Source: the human T2T-CHM13v2.0 reference genome, Homo sapiens
Direction: 5' to 3' (one strand)
DNA length: 64,000 nucleotides
Assembly (NCBI RefSeq): GCF_009914755.1
Contig: NC_060936.1
Shown: positions 15,039 through 34,400 of the stretch, in pieces
How the letters are laid out: each line of letters starts with the position of its first letter
Numbering within the stretch: the first letter of the stretch is position 1
Notes under the pieces: generated by a model
Database searches by the model: none
The model's input: only the letters and a program-made list of their open reading frames with translations
Told to the model about the DNA's origin: nothing
Translations under genes and position numbers: made by a program

Positions 15039-15231
15039 CTGGTTGAATACCTGTATCATTTTCTTCAGGCACTGATTCCGTTTCTGCCCTAGAGACTTCT
15101 GCTTCTCAGTCCAGACCTGCATCACCTTTTTCCCGTAGTCATCAAGTCTGCTCAGCATCATGTGGAGGTTCCTGGCCTCATAGCCTTTCCCAGTATTTTG
15201 GATGGCTTTTAGTCGTTTCATTATGTTGTTC
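15039..15231 (-). CDS. FAM186A: FAM186A coding exon (probably exon 5), 193 nt, (R)NNIMKRLKAIQNTGKGYEARNLHMML...KKMIQVFNQ
   Basis: Acceptor ttaatcttttcaag| and donor AACCAG|gtaacc. Overlaps ORF 15000..15221; phase 2 to 0 matches its neighbours. Confidence 0.92.
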
Positions 15232-15290
15232 CTTGAAAAGATTAATAAAAATTAGAGCGATAATAGTTGCAGACCCTACTTCAACAAACT

Positions 15291-15942
<652 letters not shown>

Positions 15943-16100
15943 TAAGTAGAGAAGGATGGGAAGCTTGCTTAATAAGACTTTAATCCAGTTCCTATGAATG
16001 AACCTTCAAAAATCTATATGATTATCAAAATTTTCATTAAGTCTTCACAAAATTTCCAGTGTTAAAATAGTGTTGCTTACAATTATTTTAATATATTTTA

Positions 16101-16307
<207 letters not shown>

Positions 16308-16554
16308 CTAGGGAGTTCGAGGCTGCAGTGAGTTATGATCACGCCATTACATTCACCTTTTTGTTAAGGGCAAGACTCCAACTCTTAAAAAATTAGTTAA
16401 ATGTGGCTATTTGTAATAAAAATTACCTTAGGGGATAAGATAGATCATTTTTTTCATATGTATAGATATGTGTAAGACACATAGAAGGTAAGGCCGGGCA
16501 CAGTGTCTCACGCCTGTAATCCAAGCACTTTGGGAAGCCAAGGCTGGTGGATCA

Positions 16555-16803
<249 letters not shown>

Positions 16804-17142
16804 TTAATACAATTATGGAAAAGACAGTGTCCTTGCCTTCAAAAGCACTTATAATCCAGAATAGGAGACTACGTTACTTGTAAAAAAAAAGAAATAGAAT
16901 GAAATAAATGCTAACTAAATAGGCTGCAGGAGCAAAAAGGAAAGCATAGTTAATTCCAGTAAGGGTAATAAGGCCGGGCGCAGTGGCTCATGCCTGTAAT
17001 CCCAGCACTTTGGGAGGCCGAGGTGGGCAGATCACGAGGTCAGGGGCTCCAGACCAGACTGACCAACATGGTGAAACCCTGACTCTACTAAAAAATACAA
17101 AAATTAGCCCGGTGTGATGGCGGGCGCCTATAGTCCCAGCTA

Positions 17143-17284
<142 letters not shown>

Positions 17285-17533
17285 TTATAGGAAGGTGTCA
17301 AGCAGAATTTTGAGGGACAGTCATAAAAAGATTCTCCCTTTCTCTCTCTCTCCCTACTGCCCTCCTATAATGTATTCCACCACATTTTGGTGGTCCTAAA
17401 CAGAGTTTTGCCATCCTCATTCTACAGAAGAGGAAAAGAAATCTCAGCAAAGTTAAGTGTTTTTTCTAATGTCCCATAATTGATAAATGGTAGATTTGGG
17501 AAGCAAGCCCAGAACTTCTTTCTTCCACAATGC

Positions 17534-17729
17534 CAATATTTCTCAAGGTGCGGACTCTGATCACCTAGACTGAACCATATGGGGTAGATGGGTGGGGTGC
17601 TTGTTGAAAATGCAGGTTCCAAGGTCCTTCTCCATACCTTTTGAATCAAAATCTTAGTGGTAGGCTTCAGGAATCTGCATTTTAAAATCTCAGGTAACTC
17701 TTACTTTACTAAAGTTTGAAAACCATTGT
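17534..17729. mobile_element. MER5-type hAT DNA transposon (MITE)
   Basis: Imperfect TIRs caatatttctcaa ... tttgaaaaccattg; internal gaaaatgcaggttcc and ggaatctgcatttt. Confidence 0.65.
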
Positions 17730-18774
17730 GCTTACGGACAGAACAGGGAAGAAGGGGATGAGGAAGTCCAGGTGGAGAAATCCCATAAACAAAGGTAAGA
17801 AAATGAAAGTTATATTTTGAGAGTGATGAGTAGTCTGGGGTTTTTGACCACAGATATGTGAAAGGATATAGTGGGGGATGAGACTGGAATGGTTGGATAG
17901 TGAAAGATGAAAGGCTTTCAAAGGTATGTTAAGGAGTTTGGATCTTCTCTTATTTTTTTTTTTGGTAGATGATGGGGACCCATCAAAGACATTTTTCTAA
18001 ATATATGTATTTTATATACATGCGTATATATATATATTGCCTCAGGTGAATCAGTGAGATTTACCTGAGATTTTATTTATCCATCTCTATCTATATTGAG
18101 AGAGAAGAGAGAAAGAATAATTCTTAGCTCTTAGGTTTCTTTTGTGGGTTATAATGAATACTTTAGAACCTACTATATATATGGATCATTTAATACTTAA
18201 ATTATTATATTTGTATTTAATATTTAAACATATTAGATTTTTTAATTTTCCAATAAGCCTCTTCACACCAAATATTTCCTGACATTTTTCTGTCTAATTA
18301 CACAGGCTTTTGAGATTTCCTTATCATTTTTTCTTATTGAAATCATATTTCACTGCTTGGAAAAGTTTAACTTCAAACTTAGGGACTTTATTGTTGGATG
18401 TAGTTTTAGAGATAATTCTTTTTTTTTTTTTTTTTTTTTTTTTTAGACAGGGTCTCTCTTTGTCACCCAGGTTGGAGTGCAGTGGCGCGATCTTGGCTCA
18501 CTGCAGCCTTGACCTTGTGAGCTCAAGCCATCCTCCCACCTCAGCCCCCCTCGGTAGCTGGGACTATAGGCACACCGTCAGGCCTGCCAATTTTTTTTTT
18601 TTTTTTTTAAGTAGAGATGGGGTTTTACCATATTGCCCAGGCTGGTCTTTAACTCCTGGGACCAAGTGATCCGCCCACCTCGGTTCCCAAAGTGCTGGGA
18701 TGACAGGCATGAGCCTGGTGAGAGAATTCATTTTTAATAATCTGAAGGCCGGGCGCGGCGGCTCACGCCTGTCA

Positions 18775-19071
<297 letters not shown>

Positions 19072-19323
19072 TCAATCCAGTAGTAACCATGGGGGTATCT
19101 TATTATTTAAAAGCCTCTATCTAGAATCATGGCTATTCATCCTCCTTACCTTTTGTTTCCACTGTCTTAGCCAATCCCACTTACGTTGATAAAACATTGC
19201 CCCGTCCTAAGGAATATTGATTTTTAGATAGAGATTCTTTACATTTACTGAGCATCTACTATGGTAATACTACTACTGTACTACTACTGTTGTGCTGCAA
19301 GCTACATATGTTATTTTATTTAA

Positions 19324-19464
<141 letters not shown>

Positions 19465-20156
19465 TAGCTAAGATTACAGGCTGCACCACCACGCCCATCT
19501 AATTTTTGTATTTTTAGCAGAGACGGGGTTTCACCATGTTGGCTAGGCTGGTCTCGAACTCCAGACCTCAGGTGATTCACCCGCCTCAGCCTCCCAAAGT
19601 GCTGGGATTACAGGCGTGAGCTACCATGCCTGGCCTCAACCATTATTTGAAGTAAATATTATTATATCCATTTTACATGCAACACATTTAAGTCTCAGAG
19701 AAGTTCTGGAAATTTGAACCAAGATCTGCTTGACTTCAAAGTCTATGTTTAAGAGAAAGCATGATTAGGATTTAAATATAAAAACCATTACAGTTACTAC
19801 TTTAAGACAGTGTAGTATAATAGGTAGTATAGTATACTATATAGACTTTGGAAATGGATTTTTAAAAATTCACTTCTACCAATTATTAGCTGTGTGATTT
19901 GGGCAAATAGGATGACCTTTCTGAACCTGATTCCCATTCTTCCAGTTAAATGCAATAATATATCTGAAGTTTGTGTTTGTTGTAGATGCATTATAAGCCC
20001 CTGTATGCACATAACTAAATTTACATAATTTATTTTCATTTAGTTTCTCCTTGTCAGTGTTTCCTCCAACAATTCCAGATTAGATTAGCATGATTCTCCT
20101 ATAAAATTTATATTTCCTTTAGTCTATCCATTTTTACTGTTTCAAGACTGTAGTAA

Positions 20157-20315
<159 letters not shown>

Positions 20316-20713
20316 TAATTTTTATAATTTTTGTAGAGACAGGGTCTCACTATGTTGCCCAGGCTGGTCTTGAACTCCTAGGCTCAAGCAATTCCTCCAT
20401 TTTGGCCTCTCAAAGTGCTGGGATTACAGGCGTGTACCACCAGACCGGGCTGATTTTACTTTTTATTTAGACTTCACCAGCTTGCCTGGCATGGATGCCC
20501 TTGTTTAGTAGGAGTTACACTGTTGATATATCACCTTAGCATAGAATCCTTTTAAAACAACTGTAAATATTTTCCTAGTAATTCTACTCTCACCCTTATA
20601 TTCTTTCAAAACATTTAGGTGGATGCCACCTAGTCCTAATTTATGCCTCTGTATGAGCTTTACTCTTCTTAAATCTGTCTTCCACATTACTGGCATTTTA
20701 CTTCCCTTGCTAA

Positions 20714-21409
<696 letters not shown>

Positions 21410-21930
21410 TAATCATCTCTTTGTGTGACTGTCTCTCTGAGGAGACTAGGTGCATTGAAAGCAGGGATGTAGCTTATCCATCTTTGTATCCTTCTACCCT
21501 CTAATCCCTGTACCTAACACAGTCCCCACAAGTGGTGGATATTTTTTAAATGTTGATGGGCCGAGCTCAGTGTCTCACACCTGTGATCCCAGTAGCTTGA
21601 GAGGCCAAGGCAGGAGGATTGCTTGAGCTCAGGAGTTCAAGACCAGTCTGGGCAACAGAGGGAGATCCATCGCTAAAAAAAATATCAAAAATTAGCTGGG
21701 CATGATGGCACACACAGGTCGCTTCGGCCCAGGAGTTTGGCGTTATGGTGAGCTATGATCACACCAATGCACTCCAGCCTGGTTGATAGAGCAAGACCCT
21801 GTCTCTTTAAAAAAAAAAAAAATGTTGATGAATTAAGTGATGCTATCTAGAGAGCACAACATCTAGTACTATTGAGAACTTTCTTCAATATATATGGAAA
21901 CAAATGTCTAATTATCATCATCTTTTCTAA

Positions 21931-22314
<384 letters not shown>

Positions 22315-22703
22315 TAGCACTTAAATGTAGAATTCTTCACTTACAGAGGCTCTACAGAAATCTTTATTCAAAAACAGTTTATATTACTGTAGTATTTTTC
22401 TCTTACATATAATATTAGAATCTTCTTGACCTAGCCATCCTTGTCATAAAATTTTTAATCTTTCAGTATTTTATTTGTTGTTGCATCTGTCTGTGATTTT
22501 GTTATTATAACATTAAATATTAGAGAAGAGCTTTCTGAAAGAATGAATTGATCCTCGATGGGATTAAGGTTATGATTGTATAAAGTCATATTTTTAAATG
22601 ATTTTACTGAGACAGGTCAGATTATGCTACTTAGGTTCTCAAAGTCTTCAATAAATCTAAATGAATCCTAAAAATTGAGAAAGCGACCTGACACAGTGGC
22701 TCA

Positions 22704-22994
<291 letters not shown>

Positions 22995-23440
22995 TCAAAG
23001 AACTCCCTTCAAAAAGTACTAAGCCAGTGTAATATCATAGGGGAAATCTGCCAAACCTTAAAAGAACAGCTAATTTTACTATTAAATTGTTTCAGAGCAC
23101 AAAAGATAAACTTCCACATTTTTTAATGATGCAAGCTTAAGATTATACCAAAACTTCACAAAGATAATACCATAAGAAGTAAACTGCCTGCCAAACTTAA
23201 CTTATGAATATGAATGAGAAAAATCCTTAATAAAATATAGTGATTCTACAATATAGTCAAGGAAGGAAAAAAAAAATAGCCAGGCATGGCGGCGGCGTGC
23301 CTGTAATCCCAGCTACTCTGGAGGCTGAAACAGGCTGATGCAAGAGAATTGCTTGAACCTGGGAGGCAGAGGTTGCAGTGAGCTGAGATCATGCCACTGC
23401 ACTCCAGCCTGGGCAACCGAGTGAGACTCTTGTCTTAAAA

Positions 23441-23473
<33 letters not shown>

Positions 23474-23623
23474 ACAAAGAATGTTACATGTAGAACAAAT
23501 AGGATTTATGACAGGAATGCAATGATGGTTTAATATAATTATATTAATAGAACTAAGGGGGAAAAATCTCCTTTTTTATTTTTTATTTTTTATTTTATTT
23601 TATTTTTTAAAATTTTTTTTTAG

Positions 23624-23839
<216 letters not shown>

Positions 23840-24696
23840 TGATCCACCCGCCTCAGCCTCCCAAAGTGCTGGGATTACAGGCGTGAGCCACCGCTCCCGA
23901 CCTTTTTTTTTTTTGAGACAATGTCTCGCTCTGTCACCCAGGGTGGAGTGCAGTGGCACAACACGATCATAACTCATCACATCCTTGAACTCCTGGGCTC
24001 AAGCAGTCCTCCTGTCTCAGTTTTCCAAATAGCTGGGACTACAGGTGCACACCACCAAGACTAGATAATTTTTTTTTTTTTTTAAAGATGGAGTCAGGCT
24101 GGGTGCAGTGGCTGACAACTGTAATCCCAGCACTTTGGGATGCCGAGGTGGTAGGATCATTTGAGCCTAGGAATTCAAGACCAGCCTGGGCAACAGGAGA
24201 CCCTATCTTTACAAAAAGTTTAAAAATTAGCTACTGGGGAGGCTGAAGTGGGAGGATATTTTAAACCCGGGAAGTTGAGACTGCAGTGTACAGTGATCAC
24301 GCCACTGCACTCCAGCACAGGCAACATAGCGAGACCCTATCTCAGGAAAAAAGAAAGACGGGGCCCCATGTGTTGTTCAGGCTGGTCTCAAAACTCCTGG
24401 CCTCAAGCAATCCTCCCGCCTTAGCTTCCCAAGGTGCTGTGATTACAAGCATAAGCCACCTTCCCAGCCCACATTTTCTTTAATACATGTGAAAATAAAG
24501 TGCTCAAATCACATTATTTAACAAAATTGAACATTCAGGGTTTTTTTATTGTTGTTGCTGTTGTTGCTGTTTTCTGAGACAGAGTCTTGCTCTGTTGCCC
24601 AGGCTGGAGTGCAGTGGTGCAGTGGTGCGATCTTGGCTCATTGCAACCTCCGTCTCCCGGGCTCAAGCAATTCTCATGCCTCAGCTTCCTGAGTAG

Positions 24697-24952
<256 letters not shown>

Positions 24953-25239
24953 TAGCCAGGATAGTCCTCATTCTCCTGACCTCGTGATCTGCCTGCCTTG
25001 GCCTCCCAAAGTGCTGGGATTATAGGTGTGAGCCACCACACCCAGCCTTTTTTTTTTTTTTTGTAGAGATGGGGTTTCACCATGTTGGCCAGGCTGGTCT
25101 CGAACTCCTGGATTCAAGTGATTCACCACCTTGGCCTCCCAAAGTACTAGGATTACAGGATAAGCCACCACACCCAGCCAGTCTATTTTTTTTTTTTTTT
25201 CAAATTGAATTTGGTTTAATTCAACTTTTCTTTTTTATT

Positions 25240-27078
25240 TTAGTAAGTTCAACTTTTACTTTAGATTCAGAGGGTACATATGCAGGTTTGTTACATGGTT
25301 ATATTGCATGATGCTGAGATTTGGGGTACAAATGATCCCATCACGCAGGTTATGACCATAGTACCCAATAGGTAGTTTTTCAAACCTTGTCCCACTTCCT
25401 CTCTCCCCTACTAGTGGTCCCCAGTGTCTGTTGTTCCCATCTTTATGTCCCTGTGTACCCAACATTTAGCTCCATTTATAAGCAAGAATGTCGGTATTTG
25501 GTTTTCTGTTCTTCTGTTAATTTGTTTAGGATAATGGCCTCCAACTGCATCCATTTGCTGCAAAGGACATGATTTTGTTCTTGTTTATGGCAGCATAGTA
25601 TTCCATATGTTGTATATATACCACATTTTCTTTATCCAGTCCACCACTGATGTGTACCTAGGTTGATTCCATGTCTTTGTGAATAATGCTGCAATGAGCA
25701 GACAAGTGCATGTGTCTTTTTGGTATAATAATTTATTTTCCTTTGAATATATACCCAGTAATGGGATTGCTGGGTCAAGTGGTAGATCTATTTTAAGTTC
25801 TTCGAGAAATCTCAGCTGGGCATGTTGTCTCAGGCCTGTAATCCCAACATTTTGGGAGGCTGGGGCAGGAGGATAACTTGAGCCCAGGAGTTCAAGACTA
25901 GCCTGGGAAACATAGTAAGACCCTATCCCTACAAAAAATAAAAAATTAAAAAATTAGCCAGGCATGATGGCATAGGCCTGTAGTCCCAGCTACTCGGAGG
26001 CTGATATGGGAAAATTGCATGAGCCCAGGAGATCTAAACTGCAGTGAGCCATCATTGCCCTGGACAAGAGAGTGAGACCATGTCAAAAAACAAAACAAGG
26101 CCGAGCGCGGTGGCTCACGCCTGTAATCCCAGCACTGTGTGAGGCGAAGGCGGGTAGATCACCTGAAGTCAGGAGTTCGAGACCAGCCTGACCAATATGA
26201 TGAAATTCTGTCTTTACTAAAAATACAAAAATTAGCCAGGGGTGGGCAACAAGAGCAAAACTTCGTCTAAAAAACAAAACAAAACAAAAAACAAAAACAA
26301 AACACCACCACCACCATAAAAACAAGAAATCTTCAAACTACTTTCCACAGTGGCTGAGCTAATTTACATTCTCATTAACAGCGTATAAGCATTCCTTTTC
26401 TCTGCAGCCTTGCTAACATCTGTTAGCAAGGCTGAGGCAGGAGAATGGCTTGAACTCAGGAGGCAGAGGTTGCAGTGAGGTGAGATCGTGCCACTGCCCT
26501 CCAACCTGGGCAACAGAGCAAAAACTCTGTCTCTAATACATAAATAAAAACAAAAAAAGAAACAGAATGGTATTTCCTAGGTTTTCTTCTAGGATTTGTA
26601 TAGTTTGAGGTCTTACATTTAAATCTTTAATCCATCTCGAGTTAATTTTTGTATATGGTGAAAGGTAGGGATGCAATTTCATTCTTCTGCATATGGCCAG
26701 CCAGCTGTCCCAGCATCATTTATTGGACAGAGAGTCCTTTCCTCATTGCTTGTTTTTGTTGACTTTGTCCACAATTAGATGATTGTGGGTATGGGGCTTT
26801 ATTTCTGGGTTCTCTATTCTGTTCCATTGATCTATGTGTCTGTTTTTGTACCAGTACAATGTTGTTTTGGTTACTGTAGCCTTATAGTATAGTTTGAAGT
26901 TGGATAATGTAATATGCCTCCAGCTTTGTTGTTTTTGCTTAGGATGGCTTTGGCTATTTGGGCTCTTTTTTGGTTCCATATGAATTTTACAATAGTTTTT
27001 TCTAATGTAGTGAAAAATGACATTGGTAGTTTAATAGGAATATCATTGAATCTGTAGACTACTTTGAATAGTATTATA
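25240..27078 (-). mobile_element. L1PA16/L1PB-like 3' fragment broken by Alus and a deletion
   Basis: 3' UTR text (tttagattcagagggtacatatgcaggtttgttacatgg) and ORF2 peptide [34 protein letters not shown] in ORF 26743..26979. Confidence 0.85.
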
Positions 27079-27227
27079 TGGTGCCATTGCACTCCAGCCT
27101 GGGGGACAAGAGCGAGACTTTGCCTCAAAAAAAAAAAAAAAATACAAAAGTTAGCCGGGCGTGGTGGCGTGTGCCTATAGTCCCAGCTACTCAGGAGGCT
27201 GTGTAGAAGGATTGCTTCAGTCTGTGA

Positions 27228-27637
<410 letters not shown>

Positions 27638-27696
27638 TGAGCCACCGCACCCAGCCCTGTATCTGTTTTATACATTTATTTAAACATACAAAAATC

Positions 27697-28125
<429 letters not shown>

Positions 28126-28176
28126 TCAAAAAAAAAAAAAAAAAATAGATATACCATATTCTTGGATAGGAAGACT

Positions 28177-28480
28177 CTATTAGTGAATATAAGCTAGGTT
28201 TTGCTATTTTAACAAAACTCCCAAGCCTCAGTGGCTTAAAACAACAAAAAAATTCACTTGTTGCTCATACTACGAATCCATCATGGCTTGGCAGGGAGTG
28301 AACTTCACTGTATTCTTTCAGGGACATGTGTAAAGGAACAACAATCACCTTGAACATTGTGGGTTACTATGCCAGAGGAAAAGGAAACTCTGTAGGTCAT
28401 CAAACCAACAAAGACAAGCTCAGCACAGAAATAACGTATCAATTCTGCTCACATCTCATTGACAAGTGCTGGCAAACAGC
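28177..28480 (-). mobile_element. Old MLT1 (J/K/L-like) LTR fragment
   Basis: ctaggttttgctattttaacaaaactcccaagcctcagtggcttaaaacaaca resembles a reversed MLT1 3' end. Confidence 0.55.
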
Positions 28481-28905
28481 ACTAATAAAGACCTCAAAGA
28501 CTCAGCATCATAAAAATAAAACGAAAATAACAGAGACTGGAAGTGACTTATCAATAGGCAGATCAATAGAAAATAATAGCTGGGCGCGGTGGCTCACACC
28601 TGTAATCCCAGCACTTTGGGAGGCTGAGGCAGGTGGACCACCTGAGGTCAGGAGTTCGAGACCAGCCTGGCCAACATGGTGAAACCCCATCCCTACTAAA
28701 AATACAAAAATTAGCTGGGCATGGTGGCACACACCTCCAGCTACTCTAGAGGCTGAGGGCAGGAGAATCGCTTGAACCCAGGAGGCAAAAGAGGGAGACT
28801 CCATCTCAAAAAAAAAAAAAATTCCCCGAAATAATAGGTTGGTAACTTCAAATGCAAATGTTAAGAATGGCAGGAAAATTGTTACCTGCCCTAATCCATT
28901 TCTGA

Positions 28906-29431
<526 letters not shown>

Positions 29432-30012
29432 TGATGGGATTACAGTTGCCCACCACACCCAGCTAATTTTTGTATTTTTAGTAGAGAAGGGGTTTCACCA
29501 TGTTGGCCAGCTGATTTTTTGTATTTTTTTTAATAGAGATGAGGTTTCACCATGTTGGCCAGGGTGGTCTCGAACTCCTGACCTCAAGTAACCCACCTGC
29601 CTTGGCATCCCAAAGTGCTGGGGTTACAGGCATGAGCCACTGCACCCTGCCTATATTTACTTGTATTTTTTTATTTGTCTTTTCTGTTTATTTTTTATTT
29701 TTTCCTGAGATGGAGTCTTGCTCTGCCCCGCTGGCTGGAGTCCAGCGGCTCAATCTCGGCTCACTGCAAGCTCTGCCTCCTGGGTTCAAGCAATTCTCCT
29801 GCCCAGCCTCCCAAGTAGCTGGGATTCCAGGCACGTGCCACCATGCCTGGCTAATTTTTGTAGTTTAGAAGAGATGGGGTTTCACCATATTGGCCAGGCT
29901 GGTCTTGAACTCATGAACTCGTGATCCACCTGCCTCGGCCTCCCAAAGTACTGTGATTACAGATGTGAGCAACCACGCGTGGCCATTTTTTTGTTTGTTT
30001 TTCTTTTCATTA

Positions 30013-30776
<764 letters not shown>

Positions 30777-31454
30777 TTATTATTATTATTATTTTGAGAC
30801 AGAGGCTGACTCTCTCACCCAGGCTGGAGTGTAGTGGCATGATCGGCTTATTGCAACTTCCACCTCCCGGGTTCAAGCGATTCTCCTGCCCTAGCCTCCC
30901 AAGTAATCCTGGGATTACAGGTGCACGCAACCATGCCTGTCTAATTTTTGAATTTTTTGCAGAGATGGGATTTCGCCATGTTGGCCAGGCTGGTCTTGAA
31001 CTCCTGGCCTCAAGTTATCCACCTGCCTCAGCCTCCCAAAGTGCTGGGATTACAGGCATGAGACACTATGCCTGGTCTCATTCTTTTTTTATGCCATCTC
31101 CCATTTTAAAAATCATACATTTCTGGTGAACCAAAAATGATGAAAGAAATTCAGAATAACTGGAAACTTTTGAAATTGATGTTTTGGAGACCAACCATGA
31201 TCCACAAAATATACTTGGCATCTCCGCTGGAGATATATATGGATGAAATGGATCACGTTATATGTCATTTCTTATTTTCCAAAAAATATATCTCCTTTTG
31301 CTATCTTAAACAAGCTTCCTTCCCATAGACCTTATATAAGGCAGTCCTTTAGAACATATGGCCTGACAAATATGAATATACTTCTGGGACAATGACAGAA
31401 AATATTTGCAATCAGAACTAAACCAGAAAACTAGACATAAATAATTATATCTAC

Positions 31455-34400
31455 CTGGCATGCTGGATCAGCCTATAGGCAATGTACTTGCGGAATAAGT
31501 ATCCCAACTGAACTGTGTCCATATGAAGTATCTCAATTATGAGAGTCCTAGCCATTGTGTGTAGCTGTGAAGGGAGTCCACAAGTTTTTATAGCCTGATT
31601 TAATAGTATCAGGTTCTTCTTCTGAGCCTCCACATCAACAAAATACCTCTTTTCTTCAAGTTCTTGAGGAGAGGAAGGGGGCACCATTACTTTGGGTTTC
31701 TTGGTATCTGAAACTGAACTCAGTATCCAGGGCTTGTCTATAGGAGGGAATCGGGATTTCTGGTACCATTCCAAAGGTGAAATCTGTGATGTTCTGAGTA
31801 GAGTAGTGAGAGAAGATGGTGATGTTGTTGGCTTCATGAGAGTGAGAAGGGCCCTTTCATCAGTGTAAGGGGTTTGGTATACTGGTGTCCTATATTTGGT
31901 GAAATGGGACTGAAATGTTCTAAATGATTCTATAGCAAAAGTGTCTCGAAGTATCTGGGTTTCTTCGGAAGTGTCAGAGACCTCCGACATTTGGAACTTC
32001 TTAGTGGTGAAAGGAACTTGAGCTACCTTGAAATCTGGAGCACTAGGATGGATCAATACTGATTTAGATTTCAGAGAAGAAATAATTGCCAATCTTTTCT
32101 TAGCAACAGAAGGGGACCAACTTTTCTGGGGCTTTCCAGGGGCTGGGGACGGCCATAGTGTGGGAGGATGTCTAGAGGTGGGAGGGATCCATAATGAAGA
32201 AGCTCGCCCAGGAAGGGTCCATGTTGCCAGATGCTGCCCAGGGGTAGAAGGAGCCTGCAGATAGGGAGATTGCTCAGCAGTGGCAGGAGGCTGGAATTCC
32301 TGGAGCTGCTCAGAGAAGGTTAAGGGTCCAGATTCCAGGAGGTCCCCAGGGATGGAAGAGGCTTCAGGAACTAAGGGCTGCCCAGGAGAAAGAGGAGCCC
32401 AGAGACTTGGAATCTGTCCAGAAGTGGGTGGAACTCCAGCTATAAAGGGCTGCCCTGGAGTGGGAGGGGCCCGAGATATTGGGAGCTGCCCAGGGGAGGG
32501 AGGGGCCTGTGGTGCCGGGAACTGCGCAGAAGTGGATTGACCTCCGTATACCAGGGTCTGTCCAGAGGAACGAAGAGTCTGTGGTGCCCCAAGCTTCCCA
32601 GGCTCAGAAAGAATCCCCATTTCTAGGGGCTTCCCAGGGGCAAAGGGGCCTTGGTTGAGGGGAACCCTTGATATCTGCAAAGGAGTAGAAGAGACCCCGA
32701 ATATAGAGGACTTCTCAGCAGTAGGAGCTGATGATGCCAGGGACAGCCTAAGACTTGGAGACAATCTTGATATGATGGATTGCCCAGTGGGGAGAGAAGC
32801 CTTCGATTTCTGAAATGGTCTATGGGACCACTGGACTTGCTTAAGGGTGAGGGGCGATCCCAAGGTATGGGCTTTATCTAAGGTGAGAGGAACCCCTAAC
32901 TTCAATAACTGTTCTTGAGCCTGTTCTAAGTTCATAGGGGACTCCAAAGCGTGGGTTTGCTCAGAGGTAAGAGTGACAGCTGACACCCAGGCATTTACTG
33001 GGGTGATGGGGACTCCCAGTGCCTGGGCCTGCTGAGGGGTGAGAGTGATCCCCTGAGCCTGCGCCTGCTGAGGGGTGAGAGAGATCCCCAGAGCCTGGGC
33101 CTGCTGAGGGGTGAGAGGGATCCCCTGAGCCTGCGCCTGCTGAGGGGTGAGAGGGATCCCCAGTTCCTGCGCCTGCTGAGGGGTGAGAGGGATCCCCAGT
33201 TCCTGCGCCTGCTGAGGGGTGAGAGGGATCCCCAGGGCCTGGGCCTGCTGAGGGGTGAGAGGGATCTCCAATTCCTGAGCCTGCGGAGGGATGAGAGGGA
33301 TCCCCAGGGCCTGGACCTGCTGAGGGGTGAGAGGGATCCCCAATTCCTGAGCCTGCGGAGGGATCAGAGGGATCCCCAGGGCCTGGGCCTGCTGAGGGGT
33401 GAGAGGGATCCCCAATTCCTGAGCCTGCGGAGGGATGAGAGGGATCCCCAGGGCCTGGGCCTGCTGAGGGGTGAGAGGGATCCCCAATTCCTGAGCCTGC
33501 GGAGGGATGAGAGGGATCCCCAGGGCCTGGGCCTGCTGAGGGGTGAGAGGGATCCCCAATTCCTGAGCCTGCTGAGGGGTGAGAGTGATCCCCAGCTCCT
33601 GAGCCTGCTGAGCGGTGAGAGGCATCCCCAGGGCCTGGGCCTGCTGAGGGGTGAGAGTGATCTCCTGAGCCTGTGCCTGCTGAGGGGTGAGAGGGATCCC
33701 CAATTCCTGAGCCTGCTGAGGGGTGAGAGGGATCCCCAGTTCCTGAGCCTGCTGAGTGGTGAGAGGCATCCCCAAGGCCTGAGCCTGCTGAGGGGTGAGA
33801 GGGATCCCCAGTTCCTGAGCCTGCTGAGTGGTGAGAGGCATCCCCAAGGCCTGAGCGTGCTGAGGGGTGAGAGGGATCCCCAGTTCCTGAGCCTGCTGAG
33901 TGGTGAGAGGCATCCCCAAGGCCTGGGCCTGCTGAGGGGTGAGAGTGATCTCCTGAGTCTGCGCCTGCTGAGGGGTGAGAGGGATCCCCAGGGCCTGCGC
34001 CTGCTGAGGGGTGAAAGGGATCCCCAGAGCCTGTGCCTGCTTAGGGGTGAGAGGGATCCCCAGGGTCTGGGCCTGCTGAGGGTTGAGAGGGATCCCCAAT
34101 TCCTGAGCCTGCTTAGGGGTGAGAGTGATCCCCAGGGCCTGGGCCTGCTGAGGAGTAAGAGGGATCCCCAGTTCCTGAACCTGCTTAGGGGTGAGAGTGA
34201 TTCCGAGAGCCTGCGCCTGCTGAGGGGTGAGAGGGATCCCCAATTGCTGGGCCTGCTGAAGGGTTAGAGTGATCCCCAGGGCCTGGGCCTGCTGAGGGGT
34301 GAGAGGGATCCCCAATTCCTGAGCCTGCTGAGGGGTGAGAGAGACCCTCAGGGCCTGGGCCTGCTGAGGGGTGAGAGGGATCCCCAATTCCTGAGCCTGC

